64,000 nt of DNA from the NCBI GenBank assembly GCA_963727485.1, contig CAVSGM010000002.1, positions 1,823,779 through 1,887,778 of the forward strand, in the 5' to 3' direction. The notes below the pieces were generated by a model. That model did not search any database and was not told the DNA's origin. It was given only the letters and a program-made list of their open reading frames with translations. Shown here piece by piece: positions 9,262-20,024 of the stretch (positions are counted from its first letter, which is position 1; every line of letters starts with the position of its first letter). The DNA comes from an uncultured delta proteobacterium. Lineage in GTDB: Bacteria; Myxococcota; Myxococcia; SLRQ01. The position numbers were made by a program, and so were the translations under genes.

Positions 9262-11524
9262 ATGGCCCGGGCTTCCCTTCCCATCCTCGGCACGGGGGCG
9301 GTGGCACCAGCGGCGCCCCGGCCCCTGCGGTTCGCCTGGCTGGAGCTGACCCACCGCTGCAACCTCCAGTGCGACCAGTGCTACACCAACAGCACTCCCC
9401 GCACGCCCCTGGGGAGCCTGCCCACCGAGCGCTGGCACCGCCTCCTCGAGGAGATCGTCGCCGCCGGGGGGAAGACGGTGCAGTTCACCGGCGGTGAGGC
9501 CACCACCCACCCGGACCTGGTCCCGCTCCTCGAGCACGCCGCCGGGCTCGGCCTCGCCGTCGAGCTGTTCACCAACGCCACCCGCCTCGACGACGCCCTG
9601 ATTCGAGCGCCTCGCCACCCTCGGGGTGGCGGTGGCCACCTCGCTGCACAGCCACGAGGCGGCGGCCCACGACGCCATCACCCGGACCCCCGGGAGCCAC
9701 GCCCTCACCGTCGACGCCATCCGCAGGCTGGTCGCCCGGGGGATCGAGGTCCGGGTCGCCGGGGTGCTCATGGCCGGCAACGCCGACCACGGCCCGGCCA
9801 CCGAGGCCCTCATCCGGCGCCTCGGCGTCCTCACCCCGTTCAAGACCGACCCGGTGCGCCCCACCGGCCGGGGGCGCAAGGCCGAGTCCCCGGCCGAGGT
9901 GGCCAGCTGCACCGTGTGCGACGACGGGACCTTCCAGGCGATGCACACCGATCCCGCGGGCCCGGCGCCGTCGACCTGCTGGGACGGGCGCATCGCCGTG
10001 AGCCCCCGGGGCGAGGTCTACCCCTGCATCTTCAGCCGCGGGGCGAAGGTGGGCAGCGTCGCCGACACCCCGCTCCCCCAGGTCCTCGCCCGCGGGCCCC
10101 TCGCCGGGCTCTGGGCCCTGACCACCGACGACGTCCCCGAGTGCCGGGACTGCGACCGGAAGGGCGTGTGCTTCGACTGCCGGGCCCTGCCCCTCACCGC
10201 CCTCGGCGACGTCACCGCCAAGAACCCCCGGTGCGACTACGTGCCCCCGGCCAGGCGCCCCAGGCGCCCGCGCCCCGAGGCGGCGAGGGTGCGCCCGGGT
10301 CTCCTGGGCCGGGACCTGGCCGGCGAGCGGCTCCTGGTCGACGCCGCCACCGCCCGGCTCCACCGCCTCGACGCCGGGGCCGCGGCGATCCTCGACGCCC
10401 TGGCCGCCGGCGCGTCGGAGGCCGCCCTCGCCGCGGGCCTCACCCGGCGCTTCGGCCTCGCCCCGGACGAGGCGGCCTCGGAGATCGCCACCGTCGCCGA
10501 CGGCCTCTGGGACGCGGGGCTCCTGGTGGACCCCGCGGGCCGGGACGTCACCGGGGACCGGGTCCTCGCCGGCGTCGCCCCGCCACCGGTGCCCGACGCC
10601 CTGGGCCTGGCCGCCGGCGCCGCGGACCCGGCGGCCGGGCGCGCCGTCGCGGACACCCCCGCCGCCGAGGTCCCCCGGCGCGCTCTCCTCGGCCTCCTCG
10701 GGCGCACCGTGGCCCTCGCCGCCGACGCCGCCGCCTGGGCCGAGCTCGAGGCCCTGCTGGCCCCCCTGGCCGCCGACCCCGGGGCCACCCCCGAGGCCAC
10801 CATCTCGGTGGTCTCCCGCCGCTCCGCCCCCCACCTCGGGGCGCTCCACCACGTCCTGGTCGACGGCCGGCAGGTCCGGGCGGTGCGGACCCCCGGCGCC
10901 CTGCGCTCGGCGGTCGAGGAGGTGCTGTGCACCCTCGCCGCCGAGGGCCAGGGCGACCTGCGCCTCCACGCGGCGGTCCTGGTGGGCCCCGCCGGGGCGG
11001 TGCTCATCCCCGGGGCCTCTGGGGCGGGCAAGAGCCTGCTCGCCCTCGCCGGGGTCGCCGCGGGCCTCGGCTACGGCACCGACGAGGCGGCGCGGATCCC
11101 GCTGGTCGGCGAGGTGGTGGTCGACGCGCTCCCCAAGCCGGTGACCGTGAAGGCCGCGGGCCGGCCCTGGGTCCCCCCGGCGCTGACGGCCCGGTGGATC
11201 CCCCCGGACGTCGCCGACCCCGACGACTACGCCTGGGTGCCGCTGGTCGGCAGCGCCCCGGCGCCGGTGGTGGCGGTGGTCCTCCCGGATTGCTCCGGCG
11301 CCACCGAGGGCCTCGCCCCCTGCGAGGCCGGCGACGCCGCCGAGGCCCTCCTCGCCGGGGTCTTCAACCTCGGCGGGGCGGGGGTCGCCGCGGGCCTCGA
11401 GGCGGTGTGCCGCCTGGTCGAGGGCGCGGCCTGCCTCCGCCTCGACACCCGGGACCTCCCGGCCGCCGGGGCGCGCCTCGCCGAGCGCCTCGGCCAAGGC
11501 GCGGCCCGGGGCACCGGCACCTGA
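9262..11524 (+). CDS. radical SAM/SPASM enzyme fused to PqqD/RRE and HPr-kinase-like domains (one extra T at 9600-9604)
   Basis: CNLQCDQC at 9358-9381, TGGEA, FTNA; SPASM CWDG...GEVYPC...CRDCDRKGVCFDC...[23 protein letters not shown]...LTRRFGL...LWDAGLL; kinase LHAAV...GASGAGKS...GTDE. Confidence 0.85.
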
Positions 11525-11537
11525 GCTTCGCCGGGCG

Positions 11538-13165
<1,628 letters not shown>

Positions 13166-13356
13166 GGGGGCCTCCTCGGTTGCAGGTTCGGGGGCGCAAG
13201 ATACACATCTGCCTGCGGTGATCCACCCCGCGCGCGTGCCGCGGTGCGTCGCGCGGCGGCCTCGGTGGCGCGTCGCCGCGGCGGGGCCGAGGCCGCGGCC
13301 CGCGGCTTGCCGCCGGGGTCCCGGTGGCTAGAAGGGCGCCTGAGGGGGAACGCGAG

Positions 13357-14487
13357 ATGGACACGCGACGCTGGCTGGGCCTCGCTCTTTCGATCGCCAC
13401 GCTGACCGCCGGCTGCGGGAAGCCCGCCGAGCTCGCGGTGGGCACCTACAATGCCGGCCTCGCCACCGGCTATGTGCCCTGGGCGGCACAGCGGGCGCCG
13501 AAGGTCGCCTCCGGGCTCGCGGCCCAGGACCTCGACGTCCTCTGCGTCCAGGAGGTGTGGTCGGCCGACGACGTCGCCCGGGTGAAGGCGGCCACCACAG
13601 ACCGCTACGGCGAGGCGGTCTTCCTCGATCCGGATCCCGGGAGCGCCGCCGCCCTCGAGCCCGCGTGCACCGGCGCCGAGCTCGACCCCCTCCAGAGCTG
13701 CGCCGAGGCCAGCTGCGCCGGGGTCCCGGTGGACCAGCTCGCCGGCTGCGTCCTCGACCAGTGCGGCGTCGAGTTCGCCGCGGTCTCCCAGAGCTGCTCC
13801 ACCTGCCTCGCCGCCAACATCGGCGCCAGCTTCTCGGAGATCCGCACCGCCTGCACCACCGGCGGCTCCGGCAGCTACGCCTTCGGCGGGAGCTTCGGGA
13901 TCGGCCTGCTCACCGGCCTCCCGGTGCAGGCCACCAGCCACGTGGTCCTCGACTCCACCTACAACCGCCGGGCGGTGATCCACGCCCGCCTCGACGCCGG
14001 CGCCCTCGGCGAGGTCGACGTCTACTGCACCCACCTCTCGGCGATCTTCTCCAACATCCCCTACCCGGGCGAGGGGAGCTGGGAGGCGGAGCAGGGGGCG
14101 CAGATCCAGGCGATGCACGCCTTCGTCTCGCGCACCGCCGGCGCCGGCAACCCGGTGCTCGTCCTCGGCGATCTCAACTGCGGCCCGAAGGCCACCTCGG
14201 CCAGCGCCGAGGCCGAGGCGAACTACCAGGCGGCCCTGGCCCCGGGCTACGCCGACCCCTACGCCGCCACCTCCGGGGCCACCTGCACCTTCTGCCAGGA
14301 CAACCCCCTGGTGGGCGCCTCGGGGACCTCGGTGCTCATCGACCACGTCCTGGTCCGGGGCGGGCTGAAGGCGGTGGACAGCGCCCGGATGCTCACCGAC
14401 GAGGTGACCTACGAGGCCGATGGCGCGACCCGGCAGACCCCCCGCTCCGATCACTACGGCCTGAAGGTGGTGCTCCAGGCGAAGTAG
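13357..14487 (+). CDS. endonuclease/exonuclease/phosphatase family lipoprotein with Cys-rich insert
   Basis: Lipobox LTAGC; GTYNAG, DVLCVQEV, THL, LGDLN, IDHVLV, SDHYG. Confidence 0.88.
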   Translation: MDTRRWLGLALSIATLTAGCGKPAELAVGTYNAGLATGYVPWAAQRAPKVASGLAAQDLDVLCVQEVWSADDVARVKAATTDRYGEAVFLDPDPGSAAALEPACTGAELDPLQSCAEASCAGVPVDQLAGCVLDQCGVEFAAVSQSCSTCLAANIGASFSEIRTACTTGGSGSYAFGGSFGIGLLTGLPVQATSHVVLDSTYNRRAVIHARLDAGALGEVDVYCTHLSAIFSNIPYPGEGSWEAEQGAQIQAMHAFVSRTAGAGNPVLVLGDLNCGPKATSASAEAEANYQAALAPGYADPYAATSGATCTFCQDNPLVGASGTSVLIDHVLVRGGLKAVDSARMLTDEVTYEADGATRQTPRSDHYGLKVVLQAK

Positions 14488-14552
14488 CTCGGGTGGAACC
14501 CCATGGCTGCGCTCCCGGCGCCCCTGATCTACGCTGGCTTCGGGAGATCACC

Positions 14553-15254
14553 ATGGTCGAGATCGTGATGGACGGCCCGGGGAAGAACGCCCTGGGCAGC
14601 GGGATGATGGACTTCCTCCGGGGGCGCCTCGAGGCCGCCGACGGGGCGCCGGTGCTCCTCACCGGCGCCGGCGACGCCTTCTGCTCGGGCCTCGATCTCC
14701 GGGAGGTGGCGAGCCTCGACGACGCGGGGATGGTCGCCTTCCTGGAGCGGCTCGAGGCCACCTGCGCCGCCCTCTTCGACTACCCGGGCCCCACCGTCGC
14801 CGCGGTCAACGGCCACGCCATCGCCGGGGGCGCCATCCTCGCCCTGTGCTGCGACGTGCGCCTCGCCTGCGACCGGGAGCGGCCCCGGATCGGCCTCAAC
14901 GAGGTGGCCATCGGCCTGCGCTTCCCGCCGGCGATCCTGCGCATCGTCCGCCACCGGCTCCCCCCCGAGCACCTCGCCGAGGTGCTCCTCGGCGCCGGCC
15001 TCCACCCGCCCCGGGAGGCGGCCCGGGTCGGCCTGGTCGACGCCGTCGCCGACGACTGCCTCGCCGAGGCCCGCGCGCGCCTCGAGGCCCTCGCCGCCCA
15101 TCCCCCCGCCGCCTACGCCGCCACCAAGGCCGACCTCGGCCGGGGGGTCACCGCGGTGGACGACGTCGAGCGCCGCCGCTTCGCCGAGGAGGTGGCCCCG
15201 GTGTGGACCTCCCAGGCCACCCGGGACCGGGTCCTCGCCGCCCTCGGCCGCTGA
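14553..15254 (+). CDS. enoyl-CoA hydratase/isomerase family protein
   Basis: FCSGLDL, AAVNGHAIAGGAILALCCD, GLNEVAIG. Confidence 0.92.
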   Translation: MVEIVMDGPGKNALGSGMMDFLRGRLEAADGAPVLLTGAGDAFCSGLDLREVASLDDAGMVAFLERLEATCAALFDYPGPTVAAVNGHAIAGGAILALCCDVRLACDRERPRIGLNEVAIGLRFPPAILRIVRHRLPPEHLAEVLLGAGLHPPREAARVGLVDAVADDCLAEARARLEALAAHPPAAYAATKADLGRGVTAVDDVERRRFAEEVAPVWTSQATRDRVLAALGR

Positions 15255-15272
15255 CCCCGCGGGACCGCCTCC

Positions 15273-17426
15273 GTGAGCAGCATCGCCCAGTCCCTCCTGA
15301 CGGTCCTCACCGCCGACGCCCTGCTCACCGCGGCGTTCGTCTACCTCTACCGCCAGGACCGGGTGGCCTACCTGCGCCTGTGGGCCTGGGCCTGGGTGAC
15401 GGTGGAGCTGCGCCACGGGCTGGCCTTCCTCGCCGCCATCGGGGTGGGCCCGAGCCTGCCGCTGCTCATCGGCATCGAGCTGGCGACCCCGATCTCGCTG
15501 CTGCTGGTGGTCGCCGGCACCCTGGGCTTCCTCGGCCGGCGGCTCCACCCCCTGTGGATTGTCGGCGCCGCCCTGGCGGCGGCCTGGGCCATCGGCTGCC
15601 AGATTGTCGGGGCGAGCCTGCTGGTGACGCGGCTCCCGATCTTCTGGCTCCTGGGGCTGGCCATCGCCTGGGCCGGGTGGATCTTCCTGCGCCGGGTGGG
15701 CCCCTCGCCCGGGGCCCGGGTCACCGGCGTCGCCCTGGTGGTCCTGGGCCTCCACCTCCTCGACCACCCGTTCCTCCGGGACGTGGCCTGGTTCGCGCCC
15801 TGGGGGTTCTGGCTGGCGTCGCTGGCCGCGATCGTCGCCGCCCTGGGGATCATGGTCCTCCACTTCGATCGGACCCGGGTGCGCCTCGGCGAGAGCGAGG
15901 CCCGGTACCGCTCCCTCTACGAGAACGCCCTCGAGGGGATCTTCGTCGCCACCCCCGAGTGGCGCCTCGCCGAGGGGAACCCGGCGTTCCTCCGGCTCCT
16001 GGGCGCCGAGGGCCCGGGGGCGGTCGCGGCCCTCGACGTCCGGGCGGCCCTCTTCGCCGACCCCGTCGAGCTCGAGCGCCTCGACGAACGCCTCGACGCC
16101 GACGACGTCGCCACCTTCGACGAGGTCGCCTGGCGCCGCCTCGACGGGGCGCCGCTGCGGGTGAGCCTCGACCTGCGCCGGGTCCGCGACGGCACCGGCG
16201 AGGTCACCCACCTCCAGGGCCTGGTCCGGGACGTCACCGAGCGCCGGCGCCTCGAGGAGGCGCTGCGCCAGTCCCAGAAGATGGAGGCCCTGGGCCGGGT
16301 CGCCGGGGGCGTGGCCCACGACTTCAACAACCTGCTCACGGTGATCCTGGGGAGCACCGACCTCCTCGACCGCCGCCTCGACGGCCAGGATCCCAACGGG
16401 CCGGTGGTGGCGCAGATCTCCGGGGCCGCCGAGCGCGCCGCCGCCCTCACCGGCCAGCTCCTCGCCTTCAGCCGCCGCCAGGTGCTCCGCCCGGCGGTGG
16501 TGGACCTGGGGGCGTCGGTGCAGCGCGGCGCCGAGATGCTCCGCCGGCTCATCGGCGAGGACGTCACCCTGGGCCTGGAGGTGGCGCCGGTGCCCCTGCC
16601 CATCCGGGCCGACCCGGTGCAGCTCGAGCAGGTGCTCCTCAACCTCGCGATCAACGCCCGGGACGCCATGCCCGGCGGCGGCACCCTCACCCTCCGGGTC
16701 CTCGCCGATGCCGGTCGCGCCTGCCTCGAGGTCGAGGACACCGGCGAGGGGATGGACCCGGCGACCCTGGAGCACGTCTTCGAGCCCTTCTACACCACCA
16801 AGGATCCGGGCCGGGGCACGGGCCTGGGGCTGGCGACGGTCTACGGCATCGTCACCCAGAGCGGCGGCGAGATCGCGGTGGAGAGCCACCCCGGGCGCGG
16901 GAGCACCTTCCGGGTGAAGCTCCCGCTCGCCGAGGGGGCCACCGAGGTGCGCCCCGAGCCCCCGGGGCCGCCGGCGACCCCCGCCCCGGCGGCCCGGGAG
17001 ACCCTGCTGGTCGCCGAGGACGACGAGGCGGTACGCCGGCTGGTGCAGGAGATCCTCGAGGAGGCCGGCTACCGGGTCCTCGCCGCGGACACCGGCGAGG
17101 TCGCCCTGGCGCTGGCCGCCGCCCACGACGGGGCGGTGGACCTGTTGGTCAGCGACGTGGTGATGCCGGGGATGCGGGGCCCCGACCTCGCCGCCCGCCT
17201 CGCCGAGGCCCGGCCCGGGATCCCGGTGGTCCTGATGTCCGGCTACGCCGACCACGACCTCGCGCTCGGCGCCGGGACCCCGGCGTTCCTCGCCAAGCCC
17301 TTCACCCCCGAGGCCCTCCTGGAGACGGTGGCCCGGGCCCTCGCCGGCCGCCGGCGCGCGGGCCCGGTGGCCGCCGGGGCCTATGCTTGGTCTCATGGGG
17401 ACGGGGGGGTCCCGGAGGATGGGTGA
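15273..17426 (+). CDS. membrane-bound hybrid sensor kinase (TM helices-PAS-HisKA-HATPase-REC)
   Basis: About six hydrophobic segments, QSQKMEALGRVAGGVAHDFNNLL, NARDAM, GTGLGL, receiver EDD...SDVVMP...KPF. Confidence 0.93.
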   Translation: MSSIAQSLLTVLTADALLTAAFVYLYRQDRVAYLRLWAWAWVTVELRHGLAFLAAIGVGPSLPLLIGIELATPISLLLVVAGTLGFLGRRLHPLWIVGAALAAAWAIGCQIVGASLLVTRLPIFWLLGLAIAWAGWIFLRRVGPSPGARVTGVALVVLGLHLLDHPFLRDVAWFAPWGFWLASLAAIVAALGIMVLHFDRTRVRLGESEARYRSLYENALEGIFVATPEWRLAEGNPAFLRLLGAEGPGAVAALDVRAALFADPVELERLDERLDADDVATFDEVAWRRLDGAPLRVSLDLRRVRDGTGEVTHLQGLVRDVTERRRLEEALRQSQKMEALGRVAGGVAHDFNNLLTVILGSTDLLDRRLDGQDPNGPVVAQISGAAERAAALTGQLLAFSRRQVLRPAVVDLGASVQRGAEMLRRLIGEDVTLGLEVAPVPLPIRADPVQLEQVLLNLAINARDAMPGGGTLTLRVLADAGRACLEVEDTGEGMDPATLEHVFEPFYTTKDPGRGTGLGLATVYGIVTQSGGEIAVESHPGRGSTFRVKLPLAEGATEVRPEPPGPPATPAPAARETLLVAEDDEAVRRLVQEILEEAGYRVLAADTGEVALALAAAHDGAVDLLVSDVVMPGMRGPDLAARLAEARPGIPVVLMSGYADHDLALGAGTPAFLAKPFTPEALLETVARALAGRRRAGPVAAGAYAWSHGDGGVPEDG

Positions 17427-17427
17427 C

Positions 17428-17709
17428 ATGGCCGAGAGCACCGACAGCCTGAAGCGACACCTCGACGAGCTGAAGCAGGCCCTCGACGACGCCGAGGCCA
17501 TCGACCCCCACACCCTCGACGAGCTGCGGGACACCCTCGACGCCATCGACCGGCAGCTCGACCGCATCGGGCCGAGCGCTCCGGCGGCCGAGGCCGGGAC
17601 CATGGTCGAGCGCCTCACCGGGGGGGCCTACCGCCTCGAGGCGTCGCACCCGGACCTGGCGCTCGCCCTCAACCGCATCGCCGAGAGCCTCTCGGCGATT
17701 GGCATCTGA
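17428..17709 (+). CDS. DUF4404-like small helical protein
   Basis: C-terminal EASHPDLALALNRIAESLSAIGI pattern; GGAGG upstream. Confidence 0.7.
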   Translation: MAESTDSLKRHLDELKQALDDAEAIDPHTLDELRDTLDAIDRQLDRIGPSAPAAEAGTMVERLTGGAYRLEASHPDLALALNRIAESLSAIGI

Positions 17710-17825
17710 GGCCCCGCCGGTCCCCCGGGACCGGCCTTGACAGCCTTCCGGGGGCATGCGACCCGAGGAGGGGAAGGCCGTACGCTCTCCGCCGCAGTCG
17801 AGCCGTCACCCCTGGGAGGGATCCG

Positions 17826-18164
17826 ATGCGCAAGCTCGTCGCCGCCGCTCTGGCCCTGGTCGTTCTCACCGCGAGCACCGGGTGCGCCAGCACCATCCTG
17901 ATCAACAGCCAGCCCCCGGGCGCCAAGGTCTTCGTGGACGGCGCCTACCTCGGCACGGCCCCGGCGAGCTACACCGACACCGCCATCGTGGGCACGGTGC
18001 ACCAGGTGAAGCTGACCCTCCCGGGCTACCGGGACCAGATCGGCTTCTTCGGCCGGAACAGCCAGTTCAACGCCGGCGCCTGCATCGGCGGGGTGTTCCT
18101 CCTGGTGCCGTTCCTCTGGATCCTCGACTACCCGGCCCAGGTCACCTACCAGCTCCAGCGCTAG
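17826..18164 (+). CDS. PEGA-domain lipoprotein
   Basis: Signal peptide ending STGC; INSQPPGAKVFVDGAYLGTAP...LPGY. Confidence 0.8.
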   Translation: MRKLVAAALALVVLTASTGCASTILINSQPPGAKVFVDGAYLGTAPASYTDTAIVGTVHQVKLTLPGYRDQIGFFGRNSQFNAGACIGGVFLLVPFLWILDYPAQVTYQLQR

Positions 18165-18195
18165 GCGCCGGTGCCCAAGGCGCCCGAGCCGGCGG

Positions 18196-19344
18196 TCAGC
18201 GGATGGTGATCCGCACCGGCCAGAAGGTCGAGCCGCCGTCGTCGCTCCAGGCGATGACGAAGTAGAGGGCGTTGCCGTTGTGGGGCGCGTTCGCGGGGAC
18301 GTGGACATCGAGGTGGACGGTGTCCCCGTTGTTCATGGTCGCGGTGTCCATCTGCGGCTGACCGTCCCAGTCCTCGCTCCAGGTGAAGGCCTGCACGTGC
18401 CAGTCGCTGCGCTTGGCCGCGGACCACCCGTGGATGGGAACCTTCAGGTCCTGGCCCTGCTGGCCCCAGACGATCCGGGCGGCGGTGGGCGTCACCCCGA
18501 ACTGCACCGCGGTCCCGGCGGGGACGCAGGGATCCGCGTTGCCGGCCTTGGCCGCGGAGTTGGACCAGGTGCGCTGGTAGGTCTCGCCGTCCTCCACGAT
18601 GTCCAGGCCGATGCACTCGTCGCCGACCTCGCCGCCCAGGTACGACCAGGGGTTGGCGACGTCGGTGATGAACCAGCCCGGGGCGGTGCGGTACCAGGGG
18701 TCGGTGGCCGCCTCGATGAGCTCGTGGGAGGCGGCGGACTCGATGTAGGACCACTTGCTGAAGTCGCCGGGGCACTCCGGGAGGACCGCGTAGGGGAAGC
18801 GGTCGCCGGTGAAGTCGGCCTCGGAGTGGAAGCCGGCGAAGGTCGAGCAGCTGGCGGAGCCGTGGTAGCCCGAGAGGATGGGCACCCCGGGGCTGTAGAA
18901 CACCATGTAGAGGATCGGGTCCTCGCCGGGGGCGGCCTTGGGGAGGTCGCCGGCCTGGATGTGCTGCTCGATGAAGTTGGCGGTGCCGGTGTCCGAGGCC
19001 ACGTTGGGGCCGTTGGAGAACTCGAAGTTCCCCTCGTAGGTCCCGTTGCCCACGCCGTAGGCCTCTCCGGCGGCCTTCAGCCACTTCGAGCCCACGACCT
19101 TCTGGCCGAACTGCTGCACCTGGGAGGTGTAGTTGTAGCCGGTGAAGGTGATGGTCACCACGCGGGGGTGGGCCAGCACCGCGCCGCCGTGGTCGACCAC
19201 CTCCGGGTAGGCGGCGTGCTGGGCCGGGAACTCGGGGGGCGGGGTGCCGCCGTCGGTGCCGCCGCCGCCGCCCCCCGGCGAGGCCGGGCCACAGGCGGCG
19301 AGGAGGAGGAAGCTGGCGGACACGGCGGCGGCGATCGACTTCAT
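18196..19344 (-). CDS. hypothetical lipoprotein with SHELIEAATDP motif
   Basis: Lipobox LLAAC; VVDHGGAVL, FAGFH, SHELIEAATDP, GEVGDEC. Confidence 0.7.
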   Translation of the reverse strand: MKSIAAAVSASFLLLAACGPASPGGGGGGTDGGTPPPEFPAQHAAYPEVVDHGGAVLAHPRVVTITFTGYNYTSQVQQFGQKVVGSKWLKAAGEAYGVGNGTYEGNFEFSNGPNVASDTGTANFIEQHIQAGDLPKAAPGEDPILYMVFYSPGVPILSGYHGSASCSTFAGFHSEADFTGDRFPYAVLPECPGDFSKWSYIESAASHELIEAATDPWYRTAPGWFITDVANPWSYLGGEVGDECIGLDIVEDGETYQRTWSNSAAKAGNADPCVPAGTAVQFGVTPTAARIVWGQQGQDLKVPIHGWSAAKRSDWHVQAFTWSEDWDGQPQMDTATMNNGDTVHLDVHVPANAPHNGNALYFVIAWSDDGGSTFWPVRITIR

Positions 19345-19490
19345 TCGGACGGCTCCTGGACTTCGGCGGCGGCGGGAAAGGCCGAAGGTTGCCCGAGATC
19401 AGGGCCTTCTGGCAATGCAAAGCTGGCGCCGAGGCCCCGGCGTAAGGGGGGGCGCCCGGGATCCCGGGGCCCTGGCGGGGCGGCGTGCCC

Positions 19491-20024
19491 CTAGAACCCG
19501 ATGCCCAGGAGCACCGAGACGTTGGCCCACAGCGGGCCGAAGCCCGGCGGCGCGGTGAGCCAGCTGGTGACCCCGGCGACCACCTCGGTGTCCACCGCGA
19601 AGTGGTCCGAGAGCCAGAGGGCGTAGTCGAAGCCGGCGAGGGCGTCGATGCCCACCGCCGGGGCCCCGTTGGCGTCGAAGCTCGCCCCCCGGGCCCCGCC
19701 GAGGATCACCAGGTGGAAGACCCCGGAGCGGTCGCCGGCGTCGGTGGTGGCCAGGGTGACCACGTCGTAGCCCACCCGGGCGTAGACCGAGCTGACCACC
19801 AGGCCCAGGGCCGCCCCGCCCTCGAGCTCCACCGGCCGCAGGGTGGTGAGGTCGACGTCGAGGCCCACGAAGTCCGGCCCGCCGCCGGTGATCGCCCGGA
19901 TGGCGACGTGCCCCGGCGGGGTGGCGTCGTCGGCCCGGGCGGCGGAGGCGACCGAGGCCGCCAGGACCGCCGTGGCGACGGCGACGAGCCCCCGGCGGGC
20001 CGCCGCTGCCGGCCGCGGGCTCAC
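19491..20024 (-). CDS. hypothetical exported protein, possible small beta-barrel
   Basis: GTGA overlap with upstream stop; signal peptide ending ARA; alternating strands; C-terminal Phe (LLGIGF). Confidence 0.55.
   Translation of the reverse strand: MSPRPAAAARRGLVAVATAVLAASVASAARADDATPPGHVAIRAITGGGPDFVGLDVDLTTLRPVELEGGAALGLVVSSVYARVGYDVVTLATTDAGDRSGVFHLVILGGARGASFDANGAPAVGIDALAGFDYALWLSDHFAVDTEVVAGVTSWLTAPPGFGPLWANVSVLLGIGF

Noticed and set aside
6691..11524. PQQ biosynthesis or lasso-peptide cluster
   Set aside because: No pqqB/pqqC or ExxxY PqqA peptide; no lasso cyclase or transglutaminase-like B2 peptidase.
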